Assembly: GCA_009778785.1 (NCBI GenBank)
Contig: WRFN01000004.1
Coordinates: 9,276-73,275, forward strand
Reading direction: 5' to 3'
DNA length: 64,000 nt
DNA from: Betaproteobacteria bacterium
Lineage (GTDB): Bacteria; Pseudomonadota; Gammaproteobacteria; Burkholderiales; Casimicrobiaceae
The translations under genes were made by a program, and so were the position numbers. Under the pieces are notes generated by a model that saw only the letters and a program-made list of their open reading frames with translations, ran no database searches and was not told where the DNA came from. This document shows positions 20,798 to 29,508 of the stretch, piece by piece (within the stretch, counting starts at the first letter, position 1; every line of letters begins with the position of its first letter).

Positions 20798-20857
20798 ATA
20801 ACCCTACTTCCCTTTTCGCGTCAAGCCACATCATCGGCTTCTCTCGTACAATAAAGC

Positions 20858-22177
20858 ATGCCTTCTTCCGCCATGTCCCCTGTCGAACGCGCGTTTCTGT
20901 CGATTCCGCAACCGGAAACGCCGCGCTCGCTTCTCGTCGCTTTCTCCGGCGGGCTGGATTCGGTCGTGTTGCTCGATGCGTTACATCGTATGCGCGAAGG
21001 ATGGTTGCGCATTTCTGACAAATTCATCGCGCTGACAGCGGCGCATGTGCATCACGGCTTGTCGCCCAACGCCGATGCGTGGCTGGCCTTCTGCGAACGC
21101 TTCTGCGCTGAGCGCGGCATTGCCTTCACCGCGCGCCGCTTGACGCTTTCGCGCAAGCCGCAAACCAGCCTTGAGGAAACCGCACGTCAGGCGCGCCATG
21201 CGGCGTTGCGCGCGATGGCCGAAGAAACGAACGCCGACACCATCGTTCTCGCGCACCATCAGGACGATCAGGTGGAAACGTTGCTGCTGCAATTACTGCG
21301 CGGGGCAGGACCGCGAGGGCTGGCGGCGATGGCCGCTTATCAGCCCTCCGGCAAAGCAACGCCGGCGCTGTGGCGGCCTCTGCTCGACCTGCCGCGCGCT
21401 ACCCTGCTGGCGTATGCCCGCGCGCACAAACTGGAATGGATCGAAGATGAAAGCAACGCTGAACTCAACTTCAAACGCAACTTTCTTCGCCACCGTGTTT
21501 TTCCCGTGCTCGAAGAAGGCTTCCCCGCTTATCGCAAAACCTTGAGCCGCGCCGCAACCTTACAAGCGGAAACGGCAGGTATGCTTGCAGAAACCGATCA
21601 CGAAATCGACGAAACCCAAACCTGTTTCCCGCTCGATCTTTCTTGGCTGGCCGCTTTACCGGAAGCATCGGCGCGTCACGCCCTGCGTCTGGCTTTTCGC
21701 CACGCCGAACTGAGAGCGCCGACCTTCGCCCGCCTGAACGAAATGCTCCGCCAACTGCAACACGCTCGTCCCGATGCGCGCATCGAATTGCGTCACGGCG
21801 GGCAATGTCTGGGCGTGCATCGCGAAAAAATCATGCTTTACACGCCAGTCGCGCCTTACCGGATTTTGTGGCGCGGTGAAGACAGCGTGACCTTGCCGCA
21901 CGGCACACTGCAACTGAAACGCGGTAAAGAAAGCCATTCATTACGCGAAGCCTTAAAGGAAGGAAAAGAAATTCTGATCGCCAGCCGCCAGAGCCAACAA
22001 GAATACCTGAAACCCGCCGCCAACCGCCCGCGCCGCAAGCTGTGCGACTGGCTGCGCGAAGCCGGTATCCCGCATTGGGCACGCGACACTTGGCCGCGGA
22101 TTTACTGCGACGGAGAAATCGTTTTTGTTCCCGGAATCAGGGATGAGGATTGGTTGAGTTTTTGCCCTTCCGCGTAA
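20858..22177 (+). CDS. tilS: tRNA(Ile)-lysidine synthase
   Basis: 439 aa with the PP-loop VAFSGGLDS near the N-terminus. Length and architecture are typical of TilS. Confidence 0.9.
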   Translation: MPSSAMSPVERAFLSIPQPETPRSLLVAFSGGLDSVVLLDALHRMREGWLRISDKFIALTAAHVHHGLSPNADAWLAFCERFCAERGIAFTARRLTLSRKPQTSLEETARQARHAALRAMAEETNADTIVLAHHQDDQVETLLLQLLRGAGPRGLAAMAAYQPSGKATPALWRPLLDLPRATLLAYARAHKLEWIEDESNAELNFKRNFLRHRVFPVLEEGFPAYRKTLSRAATLQAETAGMLAETDHEIDETQTCFPLDLSWLAALPEASARHALRLAFRHAELRAPTFARLNEMLRQLQHARPDARIELRHGGQCLGVHREKIMLYTPVAPYRILWRGEDSVTLPHGTLQLKRGKESHSLREALKEGKEILIASRQSQQEYLKPAANRPRRKLCDWLREAGIPHWARDTWPRIYCDGEIVFVPGIRDEDWLSFCPSA

Positions 22178-22227
22178 AGGCAGAATGGCCTTCTTACAAC
22201 GCTGGGTTTCGCTACGCTCTACCCAAC

Positions 22228-22677
22228 CTACCGCGCTTTATACGCCAAATCCTTGCATTTAATTTTTACAATGGCGTTAATAAACACGATTTCATGTATC
22301 AAGAACCCGTCATCTTCCAGAGTTACCTCATCAGCAATCCAGTCACCATGAGAGAAATCTTCGGCAGGCCAATCGGCTTTTCTCTTCTTCATAGAGTAAG
22401 AAAAAACATTTGAGTAAGATAATGAAATCACGCCCCCGTAAGCCCCGGATAATGAAATTTCGATGTCTGTTGCCCAACCTTTTTCCTTGATCGTCAATGC
22501 TTCTATTTTGGAGTCGTGAGGACATCTGGGATCGAGATGATCGTAATGCCAGTCTGCCAACATGTACTGAAGCGCGCTTTCCGGCGCTCTACTCCTGACA
22601 GCAACGACGTAATCACGATAGGCAGAGCTATCTATGATGAACCCACTCCTGTCTTTGATGACTTTTACTATTTTCAC
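22228..22677 (-). CDS. hypothetical protein (AT-rich orphan; immunity-protein-like size/composition)
   Basis: The ORF is open over 22228-22767. I favour the GTG at 22677 (GGAAAG 8 nt upstream), because the longer form overlaps the tyrA 3' end. The region is visibly AT-rich compared with its flanks. I recognise no family. Confidence 0.5.
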   Translation of the reverse strand: MKIVKVIKDRSGFIIDSSAYRDYVVAVRSRAPESALQYMLADWHYDHLDPRCPHDSKIEALTIKEKGWATDIEISLSGAYGGVISLSYSNVFSYSMKKRKADWPAEDFSHGDWIADEVTLEDDGFLIHEIVFINAIVKIKCKDLAYKAR

Positions 22678-22729
22678 TACATTAACTTTCCGACCAGCCG
22701 TTTCTTCACGACGCTGATTTTCACAACGC

Positions 22730-23629
22730 TCAACCTGCCCTGCCCTTCTCCCACTTTCTTCGCGCATTGCTGGCGCGTTTCATTCGTTCTTCCAGCGCAG
22801 CGCCATCGCTACGTTCCAGTTCGGCACGCATCGCGTTCAACTGCGCTTGATAGCGATCCAACTCATTGAGCAACGCTTCGCGGTTGGCAAGCGCGATGTC
22901 GCGCCACATTTCCGGCGAGCTGCCGGCAATTCGGGTAAAGTCGCGGAAGCCACTGCCGGCATGCAAGAAAAACGTTTCCGCTTCCGGCCGCCCCGCCAAT
23001 TCCGCAACCAGCGCAAAGGCGAGCAGGTGCGGCAGATGCGAAACGGCGGCAAAGATTCGGTCGTGCTGTTCCGGCAACATTGTCAGCGTTCGCGCGCCGC
23101 AGGTCTGCCACATCGCCACTATTTTCTGCGCGGCATCGGCATCGGTTTCCTTCAGCGGCGCCACGATCACATGTTTGTTTTCGTACAAGGTTGCAAACGC
23201 CGCCGCTGCGCCCGAATGCTCGGTGCCGGCAATCGGATGCGCCGGAACGAAGCGCGCAAACACCGCGCTCGGGCAAGTGGAATACGCGCTGCGCGCTGCC
23301 GCCACGACATCTTGCTTGGTGCTGCCCGCGTCGGTAATCACGGCATTTTTCGCCGCCACGGGCAAAAGGCGCTTCAACAATCCTTCGATCTGCGCTACGG
23401 GCGTAGCCAGCAACACCACATCGGCGTCGCGTAGTTCGTGCGTCCAATCTTCATCAAGCGTGTAAGCGCGATCCACCACACCGCCGCGCAGCGCATCGTC
23501 GAGATTGGCGCGGGTGCGGCCAATGCCGACCACTTCCCCGACTGCGCCGCGCGCTTTCAACGCCAGCGCGCAGGAACCACCGATCAGTCCGACGCCGAAA
23601 ACGATCAATTTTTTCACGACCGTTTGCAT
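22730..23629 (-). CDS. tyrA: prephenate dehydrogenase
   Basis: ATG at 23629 gives MQTVVKKLIVFGVGLIGGSCALALK (Rossmann GxGxxG). The start is 2 nt after the pheA stop. Confidence 0.9.
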   Translation of the reverse strand: MQTVVKKLIVFGVGLIGGSCALALKARGAVGEVVGIGRTRANLDDALRGGVVDRAYTLDEDWTHELRDADVVLLATPVAQIEGLLKRLLPVAAKNAVITDAGSTKQDVVAAARSAYSTCPSAVFARFVPAHPIAGTEHSGAAAAFATLYENKHVIVAPLKETDADAAQKIVAMWQTCGARTLTMLPEQHDRIFAAVSHLPHLLAFALVAELAGRPEAETFFLHAGSGFRDFTRIAGSSPEMWRDIALANREALLNELDRYQAQLNAMRAELERSDGAALEERMKRASNARRKWEKGRAG

Positions 23630-23631
23630 GA

Positions 23632-24726
23632 TCAAACCACAGCCATCGGGTACGACCCTAAAATTTTCAAGAACGGCGCCAGTTGTCCCAACTCCTCCAA
23701 AGTTGCGCTCACGGCAGGATCGTTGCGATGTCCTTCCAGATCGACGAAGAAAAAGTATTCCCACAAGCCGGTGCGCGCCGGTCGCGATTCGAGCCGCGTC
23801 ATCGACACGCCGTGTTTCTCCAGCGGTTCCAGCAATCGGTAAACCGCGCCGGGCTTGTTCGGCGCCGACATCACCAGCGAAGTCATGTCGCGCACGGAAG
23901 GCCCCGGCGCTTGTTTGCCCAACACCCAGAAGCGCGTGGTGTTGTTCGGCATGTCCTCGATGTGCGGCGCCAGAATGTTAAGGTGGTACAACGCGGCGGC
24001 GTTTTCACTGGCGATGGCGGCGGTGTCCCTCGCAAGGGAAGCCAAACGCGCCGCTTCGGCGTTGCTGCCCACCGGCGTGCACTCGACGCCGGGCAAATGC
24101 TGCGCCAACCATTGCGCGCATTGCGCCAACGATTGCGGATGCGAATAAACGGTACGAATCGCGTCGAGCGACGGCGCATGCGTGATCAGATTTTGCTGAA
24201 TGCGCAACTTCACCTCGGCGCAAATTTGCAGCGTCGTGTCGAGCATCAAATCGTGCGTTCTTCCCACCGCGCCCTCGGTCGAATTTTCGATCGGAACCAC
24301 CGCGTACTGATTCTGCCCTTTCTCGACGCTCCGCACCACCTCATCAAGCGAAACGCACGGTTGCGCGTCAACAAAAGAACCGAAATGCCGCAACACCGCC
24401 GACTCGCTGAAAGTTCCGGCAGGCCCCAGATACCCCACCCGCAACCGCTGCTCCAGCGCGCGGCAAGCGCTCATCACCTGCCGGTAAAGAAGCGCGATGG
24501 CATCGTTGTCGAGCGGCCCGGCGTTCTCGGCCAGCAAACGGCTCAATACCTGCGCCTCGCGCTCGGGGCGGTAAACCGTTTGCTTGTCTTTGAGATGACC
24601 GATCTCTTGCGCGTGAACCGCGCGCTCGTTGAGCAAGCGCAGCAACGCGCTGTCAATCGCGTCAATCGACTGACGGTGTATTTTGAGCGCTTCCTCAATC
24701 GAGGGCTGCAAATTGGGTTTCACCAT
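23632..24726 (-). CDS. pheA: bifunctional chorismate mutase / prephenate dehydratase (P-protein)
   Basis: ATG at 24726 gives MVKPNLQPSIEEALKIHRQSIDAIDSALLRLLNERA (chorismate mutase), followed by the PDT domain and a C-terminal ACT domain. The track start at 24915 reads through the tRNA. Confidence 0.92.
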   Translation of the reverse strand: MVKPNLQPSIEEALKIHRQSIDAIDSALLRLLNERAVHAQEIGHLKDKQTVYRPEREAQVLSRLLAENAGPLDNDAIALLYRQVMSACRALEQRLRVGYLGPAGTFSESAVLRHFGSFVDAQPCVSLDEVVRSVEKGQNQYAVVPIENSTEGAVGRTHDLMLDTTLQICAEVKLRIQQNLITHAPSLDAIRTVYSHPQSLAQCAQWLAQHLPGVECTPVGSNAEAARLASLARDTAAIASENAAALYHLNILAPHIEDMPNNTTRFWVLGKQAPGPSVRDMTSLVMSAPNKPGAVYRLLEPLEKHGVSMTRLESRPARTGLWEYFFFVDLEGHRNDPAVSATLEELGQLAPFLKILGSYPMAVV

Positions 24727-24805
24727 GAACGTCGTCCTGAAAAAGTGAAAATAAATATTGTACGCCGCATCGGCGAGTTGCCAAGCGGGGATGAGGAAAC
24801 AGGTA

Positions 24806-24838
24806 GCAAAAAGGGCTGACATCGTCAGCCCTTTTTGC
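24806..24838 (-). terminator. terminator hairpin downstream of tRNA-fMet
   Basis: GCAAAAAGGGCTGAC (24806-24820) / GTCAGCCCTTTTTGC (24824-24838) is a perfect 15-bp stem with A/T runs on both sides, so it could act bidirectionally. Confidence 0.75.
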
Positions 24839-24845
24839 TTTGAAG

Positions 24846-24921
24846 TGGTTGCGGGGACAGGATTTGAACCTGTGACCTTCGGGTTATGAGCCCGACGAGC
24901 TGCCAGCTGCTCCACCCCGCG
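24846..24921 (-). tRNA. initiator tRNA-fMet (CAU)
   Basis: rc = CGCGGGGTGGAGCAGCTGGCAGCTCGTCGGGCTCATAACCCGAAGGTCACAGGTTCAAATCCTGTCCCCGCAACCA, 76 nt. It has the C1:A72 mismatch and three G:C pairs closing the anticodon stem, and is near-identical in pattern to E. coli tRNA-fMet. Confidence 0.95.
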
Positions 24922-24962
24922 TCGAATGCTTATAATAACAGGCTTTTATTTTCGGCGCAAAT

Positions 24963-26384
24963 TCAATCCAACTGCCCACGCATAAACGCCTTCACCGCCT
25001 CGGCGTCCGCCGGCAACACGGTGTAATGCTGCGGGCGTTGTTCAATGCCGACGTAAACTTCGGGGCGCGGCGGCGTTTGGCCAAGCGCTTCTTCGATGGT
25101 GGCGGCAAATTTTGCGGGCAGCGCGGTTTCGACGCACAACAACGGCACGCCCACTTCGCGGTATTCCCGACCGACTTTGACGCCGTCGGCGGTGTGCGGG
25201 TCGATCATGACGCCGTAGCGCTGGTAAATATCGCGGATGGTTTGCAGACGATCCGCGTGGGTGCTGCGACCGGAAACGAAACCCGACGCTTGCACCCGTT
25301 GCCAACATTTTTGATACCTCGGCTCGGTCAGATCGAAGCCCCCCTGTTGCGTCAGTTGCGCCCACAACTCGCGCAACACCGTGCTGTTGCGGCCGACGCA
25401 ATCAAAGAGGTAGCGCTCGAAGTTGGACGCTTTGGAAATGTCCATCGAAGGACTGGAGGTCGCGTGCGTTTCTTCCGGCGAGCGCGGACGATAACGGCCG
25501 CTCTTGAAAAATTCGTCGAGCACGTCGTTTTCGTTGGTCGCCAGAATGAGCCGTCGCAACGGCAAGCCCATTTGTTTGGCGATGTACGCGGCAAGGATGT
25601 TGCCGAAGTTGCCGGAAGGCACGGCCACATCGAGCGGGTCGCCGTTCTTTCGCGTCACCGCGAAATAGCCTTTGAAGTAATAGACGATCTGCGCCATCAC
25701 GCGCGCCCAGTTGATCGAGTTCACCGCGCCGAGTTGGTATTGCTGCTTGAACGAGGCATCGCCGCCGACTTCTTTAACGATGTCCTGACAGCAATCAAAC
25801 GTGCCTTCGACGGCCAGGTTGAAAATGTTGGGATCGTCGAGCGCGTACATTTGCGCTTGTTGAAACGCGCTCATTCGTTTGTGCGGCGACAGCATGAACA
25901 CTTTGATGCCGCGCTTGCCGCGCATCGCGTATTCCGCCGACGAGCCGGTGTCGCCCGAAGTCGCGCCGAGGATGTTGATCGCGCGCCCTTCTCTTCCCAG
26001 CACGTATTCAAACAGGTTGCCCAGCAGTTGCAAGGCGATGTCTTTGAACGCCAGCGTCGGCCCGTTCGAGACGCACAAGAGCGACAGCCCTGGTTCCAAT
26101 TCGCGCACCGGCGTGATGTCGGCGCTGCCGAAATGTTCCGGCGTGTAGGTTTTGGCGATGATGGTTTTCAACGCATCGCGCGGAATGTCATCCACAAAGC
26201 GCGAGACGATTTCAAAACACAGCGCCGGATACGACAACACTCGCCACGCATCGAGATCGGCCTGCGGGTACGCTTCGGGCATCGACAGACCGCCGTCGGC
26301 AGCCAACCCTTCGAGAAGAACCGTTGAGAACGACGCCGCTTCTTGCCCGCCAATCGCGCCGCCGCGTGTTGACAAGTAACGCAT
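24963..26384 (-). CDS. thrC: threonine synthase
   Basis: 473 aa, MRYLSTRGG... N-terminus, PLP-lysine context GPTLAFKD. The start overlaps the hom stop by 1 nt (TGATG). Confidence 0.95.
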   Translation of the reverse strand: MRYLSTRGGAIGGQEAASFSTVLLEGLAADGGLSMPEAYPQADLDAWRVLSYPALCFEIVSRFVDDIPRDALKTIIAKTYTPEHFGSADITPVRELEPGLSLLCVSNGPTLAFKDIALQLLGNLFEYVLGREGRAINILGATSGDTGSSAEYAMRGKRGIKVFMLSPHKRMSAFQQAQMYALDDPNIFNLAVEGTFDCCQDIVKEVGGDASFKQQYQLGAVNSINWARVMAQIVYYFKGYFAVTRKNGDPLDVAVPSGNFGNILAAYIAKQMGLPLRRLILATNENDVLDEFFKSGRYRPRSPEETHATSSPSMDISKASNFERYLFDCVGRNSTVLRELWAQLTQQGGFDLTEPRYQKCWQRVQASGFVSGRSTHADRLQTIRDIYQRYGVMIDPHTADGVKVGREYREVGVPLLCVETALPAKFAATIEEALGQTPPRPEVYVGIEQRPQHYTVLPADAEAVKAFMRGQLD

Positions 26385-27718
26385 CAGTGCAACCCTTCTA
26401 TCCGAATGATGATGCCCTCACCTTTGACGCTGCCCAGCGCTTCGATTTTCTTCAGTGCCCCCCGCACTTCTTTTTCAATCGCGTCGTGTGTCAACACGAT
26501 GATATCGACTTCGTCTTCGCCTTCTGTTGCTTCTTTCTGCAATAACGCTTCAATCGAAATCGAATGGTCGGCGAGGATGCGCGTGATGTCAGCCAGCACG
26601 CCGGGTTGATCGAGTACGCGCAAACGCAAGTAATAACCGGACTTGACTTCGCTGATCGGCAAAATCGGAATGGCGCTTAACTGATCGGGCTTGAACGCCA
26701 GGTGCGGCACGCGATGTTCGGGATCGGCGGTGTGCATGCGCGTCACGTCAACGAGGTCAGCGATGACCGCGCTTGCCGTCGGCTCCGAACCGGCGCCCGC
26801 GCCGTAGTAAAGCGTCGGCCCCACCGCATCGCCTTTGACCAGCACCGCGTTCATCGCGCCTTCGACGTTGGCGATCAATCTTTTTTCGGGGATCAAGGTC
26901 GGATGCACGCGCAATTCGATACCTCTGTCGGCTACCGTGCCGTTGACCCGTCGCGTGATTCCCAGAAGTTTGATGCGATAGCCCAACTCCTCGGCGTAGC
27001 GAATGTCTGCGCGAGTGAGCTTGGTGATTCCTTCCGCGTAAGCCTTGTCGAACTGCATCGGAATCCCGAACGCAATCGACGCCATGATTGTTATCTTGTG
27101 CGCGGCGTCGATGCCTTCCACGTCGAACGTCGGATCGGCTTCGGCGTAACCCAAGCGCTGCGCTTCTTTCAATACTTCCTCAAACGACGCTCCGGTTTCG
27201 CGCATCGTTGACAGAATGAAATTGGAGGTGCCGTTGATGATGCCGGCGATCCACTCGATCCGGTTGGCGCTCAAACCTTCGCGCAACGCCTTGATAATCG
27301 GAATGCCGCCGGCGACTGCCGCCTCGAACGCTACCATCACGCCCTTGGCGTGCGCCGCCGCAAAAATCTCGGTGCCGTAGTGCGCCAGCAATGCCTTGTT
27401 GGCTGTGACGACGTGTTTGCCGTGCGCAATCGCATCGAGCGTCAGCGTGCGCGCAATTGTGGTGCCGCCAATCAGTTCGCAAACGATGTCGATGGACGGA
27501 TCGCGTACAATTTTTTCTGCGTCGTCCACCACGATGGCGCCGACACACTCCGCCTTCGCCCGTTCGAGCGAGCCGTCAGCGGCGCGCGCCGCAACGTGCG
27601 TGATAATGATTTCACGCCCGGCGCGACGGCTGATTTCGCTTTGATTGCGTTGCAACACTCGCCACACGCCGCCGCCGACAGTGCCGAATCCCAAAAGTCC
27701 TACTTTCAACGGTTTCAT
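26384..27718 (-). CDS. hom: homoserine dehydrogenase
   Basis: 444 aa with MKPLKVGLLGFGTVGGG at the N-terminus and a C-terminal ACT domain. Confidence 0.95.
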   Translation of the reverse strand: MKPLKVGLLGFGTVGGGVWRVLQRNQSEISRRAGREIIITHVAARAADGSLERAKAECVGAIVVDDAEKIVRDPSIDIVCELIGGTTIARTLTLDAIAHGKHVVTANKALLAHYGTEIFAAAHAKGVMVAFEAAVAGGIPIIKALREGLSANRIEWIAGIINGTSNFILSTMRETGASFEEVLKEAQRLGYAEADPTFDVEGIDAAHKITIMASIAFGIPMQFDKAYAEGITKLTRADIRYAEELGYRIKLLGITRRVNGTVADRGIELRVHPTLIPEKRLIANVEGAMNAVLVKGDAVGPTLYYGAGAGSEPTASAVIADLVDVTRMHTADPEHRVPHLAFKPDQLSAIPILPISEVKSGYYLRLRVLDQPGVLADITRILADHSISIEALLQKEATEGEDEVDIIVLTHDAIEKEVRGALKKIEALGSVKGEGIIIRIEGLH

Positions 27719-27741
27719 CTTTTTCCTTTGTTATTCATCAA

Positions 27742-28926
27742 TCAGATGAGACCATCTTCACGGAACATTTGTTTGATGCCGCGCAACGCTTGCCGCGAGC
27801 GTGCTTCGTTTTCAATCAGCGCAAAGCGCACATGGTTGTCGCCGTATTCGCCGAAGCCGATGCCGGGCGACACCGACACTTTCGCTTGCGCCAACAGCTT
27901 CTTGGCAAACTCCAGCGACTTCATCGCTGCGTACGGTTCCGGCAGCTTCGCCCAGATGTACATTCCCGCTTTCGGGATGTCCACCTTCCAGCCGATCTCG
28001 TGCAAGCCCTTGACCATTACGTTGCGGCGGTTCTCATAACGGGCGGCGATTTCGCGCACGCAATCGTCCGGCCCTTCGAGCGCCGCGATGGCTGCCACTT
28101 GAATCGGCGTGAACGTGCCGTAATCGTTGTAACCCTTGATGCGCGCCAACGCCGCCACCAGTTCACGATTGCCGACCATGAAGCCGATGCGCCAGCCCGC
28201 CATGTTGTAGCTCTTCGACATCGTGAAGAATTCCACCGCTACGTCGCGCGCGCCCGGCACTTGCAGAATCGACGGCGCTTTCCAACCATCGAAAGTGATG
28301 TCGGCGTAAGCCAAATCCTGCACGACGAAAATGCCGTATTCGCGCGCCAGCGCCACAATTTTTTCATAGAACGGCAGTTCGACACACTCACCCGTCGGGT
28401 TCGCCGGGTAATTGATGATCAGCATTTTCGGTTTCGGAAAACTGTTTTTGATCGTGTGTTTGAGTTCTTCAAAGAAATCGCTGCCCTGCGTGTTCGGGAT
28501 GTGCGCAATGTTGGCGTCGGCAATTACCGGCCCGTAAATATGAATCGGATAACTCGGGTTCGGCACCAGAATCGTATCGCCGCGCCCCATCGTTGCGAAC
28601 GCCAGATGTGCGATGCCCTCTTTCGAGCCGATGGTGACAATCGCTTCGGTTTCAGGGTCGAGATCGACATCGTAGCGACGCTTGTACCAATCGCAAATCG
28701 CTTTGCGCAAACGCGGAATACCGCGCGACACCGAGTAGCCGTGCGTGTCCGGGCGCTGCACCGTCTCAATCAATTTATCGACGATGTGTTTGGGCGTCGG
28801 CCCGTCCGGATTACCCATCCCGAAATCGATGATGTCTTCCCCGCGCCGTCGCGCTGTCATCTTCAACTGATCGGTGATGTTGAAAATATACGGCGGCAGC
28901 CGTTTGATGCGCTCAAATTCAGTCAT
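27742..28926 (-). CDS. class I/II PLP-dependent aminotransferase (AlaC-like)
   Basis: 394 aa. [15 protein letters not shown] and the PLP-lysine motif [12 protein letters not shown] are present. It sits upstream of hom-thrC. Confidence 0.85.
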   Translation of the reverse strand: MTEFERIKRLPPYIFNITDQLKMTARRRGEDIIDFGMGNPDGPTPKHIVDKLIETVQRPDTHGYSVSRGIPRLRKAICDWYKRRYDVDLDPETEAIVTIGSKEGIAHLAFATMGRGDTILVPNPSYPIHIYGPVIADANIAHIPNTQGSDFFEELKHTIKNSFPKPKMLIINYPANPTGECVELPFYEKIVALAREYGIFVVQDLAYADITFDGWKAPSILQVPGARDVAVEFFTMSKSYNMAGWRIGFMVGNRELVAALARIKGYNDYGTFTPIQVAAIAALEGPDDCVREIAARYENRRNVMVKGLHEIGWKVDIPKAGMYIWAKLPEPYAAMKSLEFAKKLLAQAKVSVSPGIGFGEYGDNHVRFALIENEARSRQALRGIKQMFREDGLI

Positions 28927-29122
28927 GTTGTTCCCTGCGGATAAAATGCGCGAATCGTCTCGCCTTCCATTCCTTGCTGCGGCGATGACGCAAAAACGAG
29001 TATCGTAACCAACCTATGACCGGTCGGCAACGTCAAACGAATGATATTTTACCAGCATATGAGTGTTTTGTTCTGATTCGGAGGTGAAATATCTTTCCTT
29101 TCTTTCCTTTCTCCCCTTTTTT

Positions 29123-29503
29123 CCTCTCTCACGAAGGAGAGGGGGCGAGCGTGCTTTTTCTGCGGAGAGAAGGTCGTGTTTTTCTCCTCTCTCCTCTCCT
29201 CTTGTGGGAGAGAGGGGTACGCAACGCAACGAAAAACCACCCCCTCACCCTTTATCCCTCTCCCACGAGGGGAGAGGGGAAGAGAACGCAGCGCAACGCG
29301 AAGACAAAACATTCCCCAGCCTCTTCTTTCTTGTGGAATAGGGCCTCTGGATTCCCGCGTGCGCGGGAATGACGGCATCACTCAGTCCCTCTCCCGCTTA
29401 TGCGATGCCGGAACCGATCAATCCCGACGCCTCCGCCCCCTCTCCCACGAAGGGAGAGGAATTGACCACCCCGTCGGCTTCGTTAACGCCCCTCACAAGA
29501 GGG
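29123..29503. repeat. cluster of REP-like hairpins (consensus CCCTCTCCC-ACGAR-GGGAGAGGG plus others)
   Basis: Hairpins at 29123-29142, 29194-29212, 29256-29278 (9-bp stem), 29439-29459 (8-bp stem) and 29490-29503. A half-site CCCTCTCCC lies at 29387-29395. All are intergenic, between the aminotransferase start and the P-type ATPase stop. Confidence 0.7.
29351..29370. repeat. ATTCCC-N8-GGGAAT palindrome (dRS3-like pattern)
   Basis: ATTCCCGCGTGCGCGGGAAT has 9-bp inverted arms and matches the ATTCCC-N8-GGGAAT pattern known from Neisseria dRS3 repeats. There is one copy in this window. Confidence 0.55.
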
Positions 29504-29508
29504 AAATT

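Noticed and set aside
24727-24915. N-terminal extension of the pheA ORF (MEQLAARRAHNPKVTGSNPV...).
   Set aside because: The extension is the reverse translation of the tRNA-fMet gene and its terminator. A proper chorismate-mutase N-terminus starts at the ATG at 24726.
29100-29505. Possible CRISPR array, or small ORFs (29014-29229, 29049-29381, 29063-29341, 29151-29372, 29176-29529).
   Set aside because: The repeats are short hairpins with irregular spacing and variable sequence, not 25-40-bp direct repeats with uniform spacers, and no cas genes are present. The ORFs are REP read-through.
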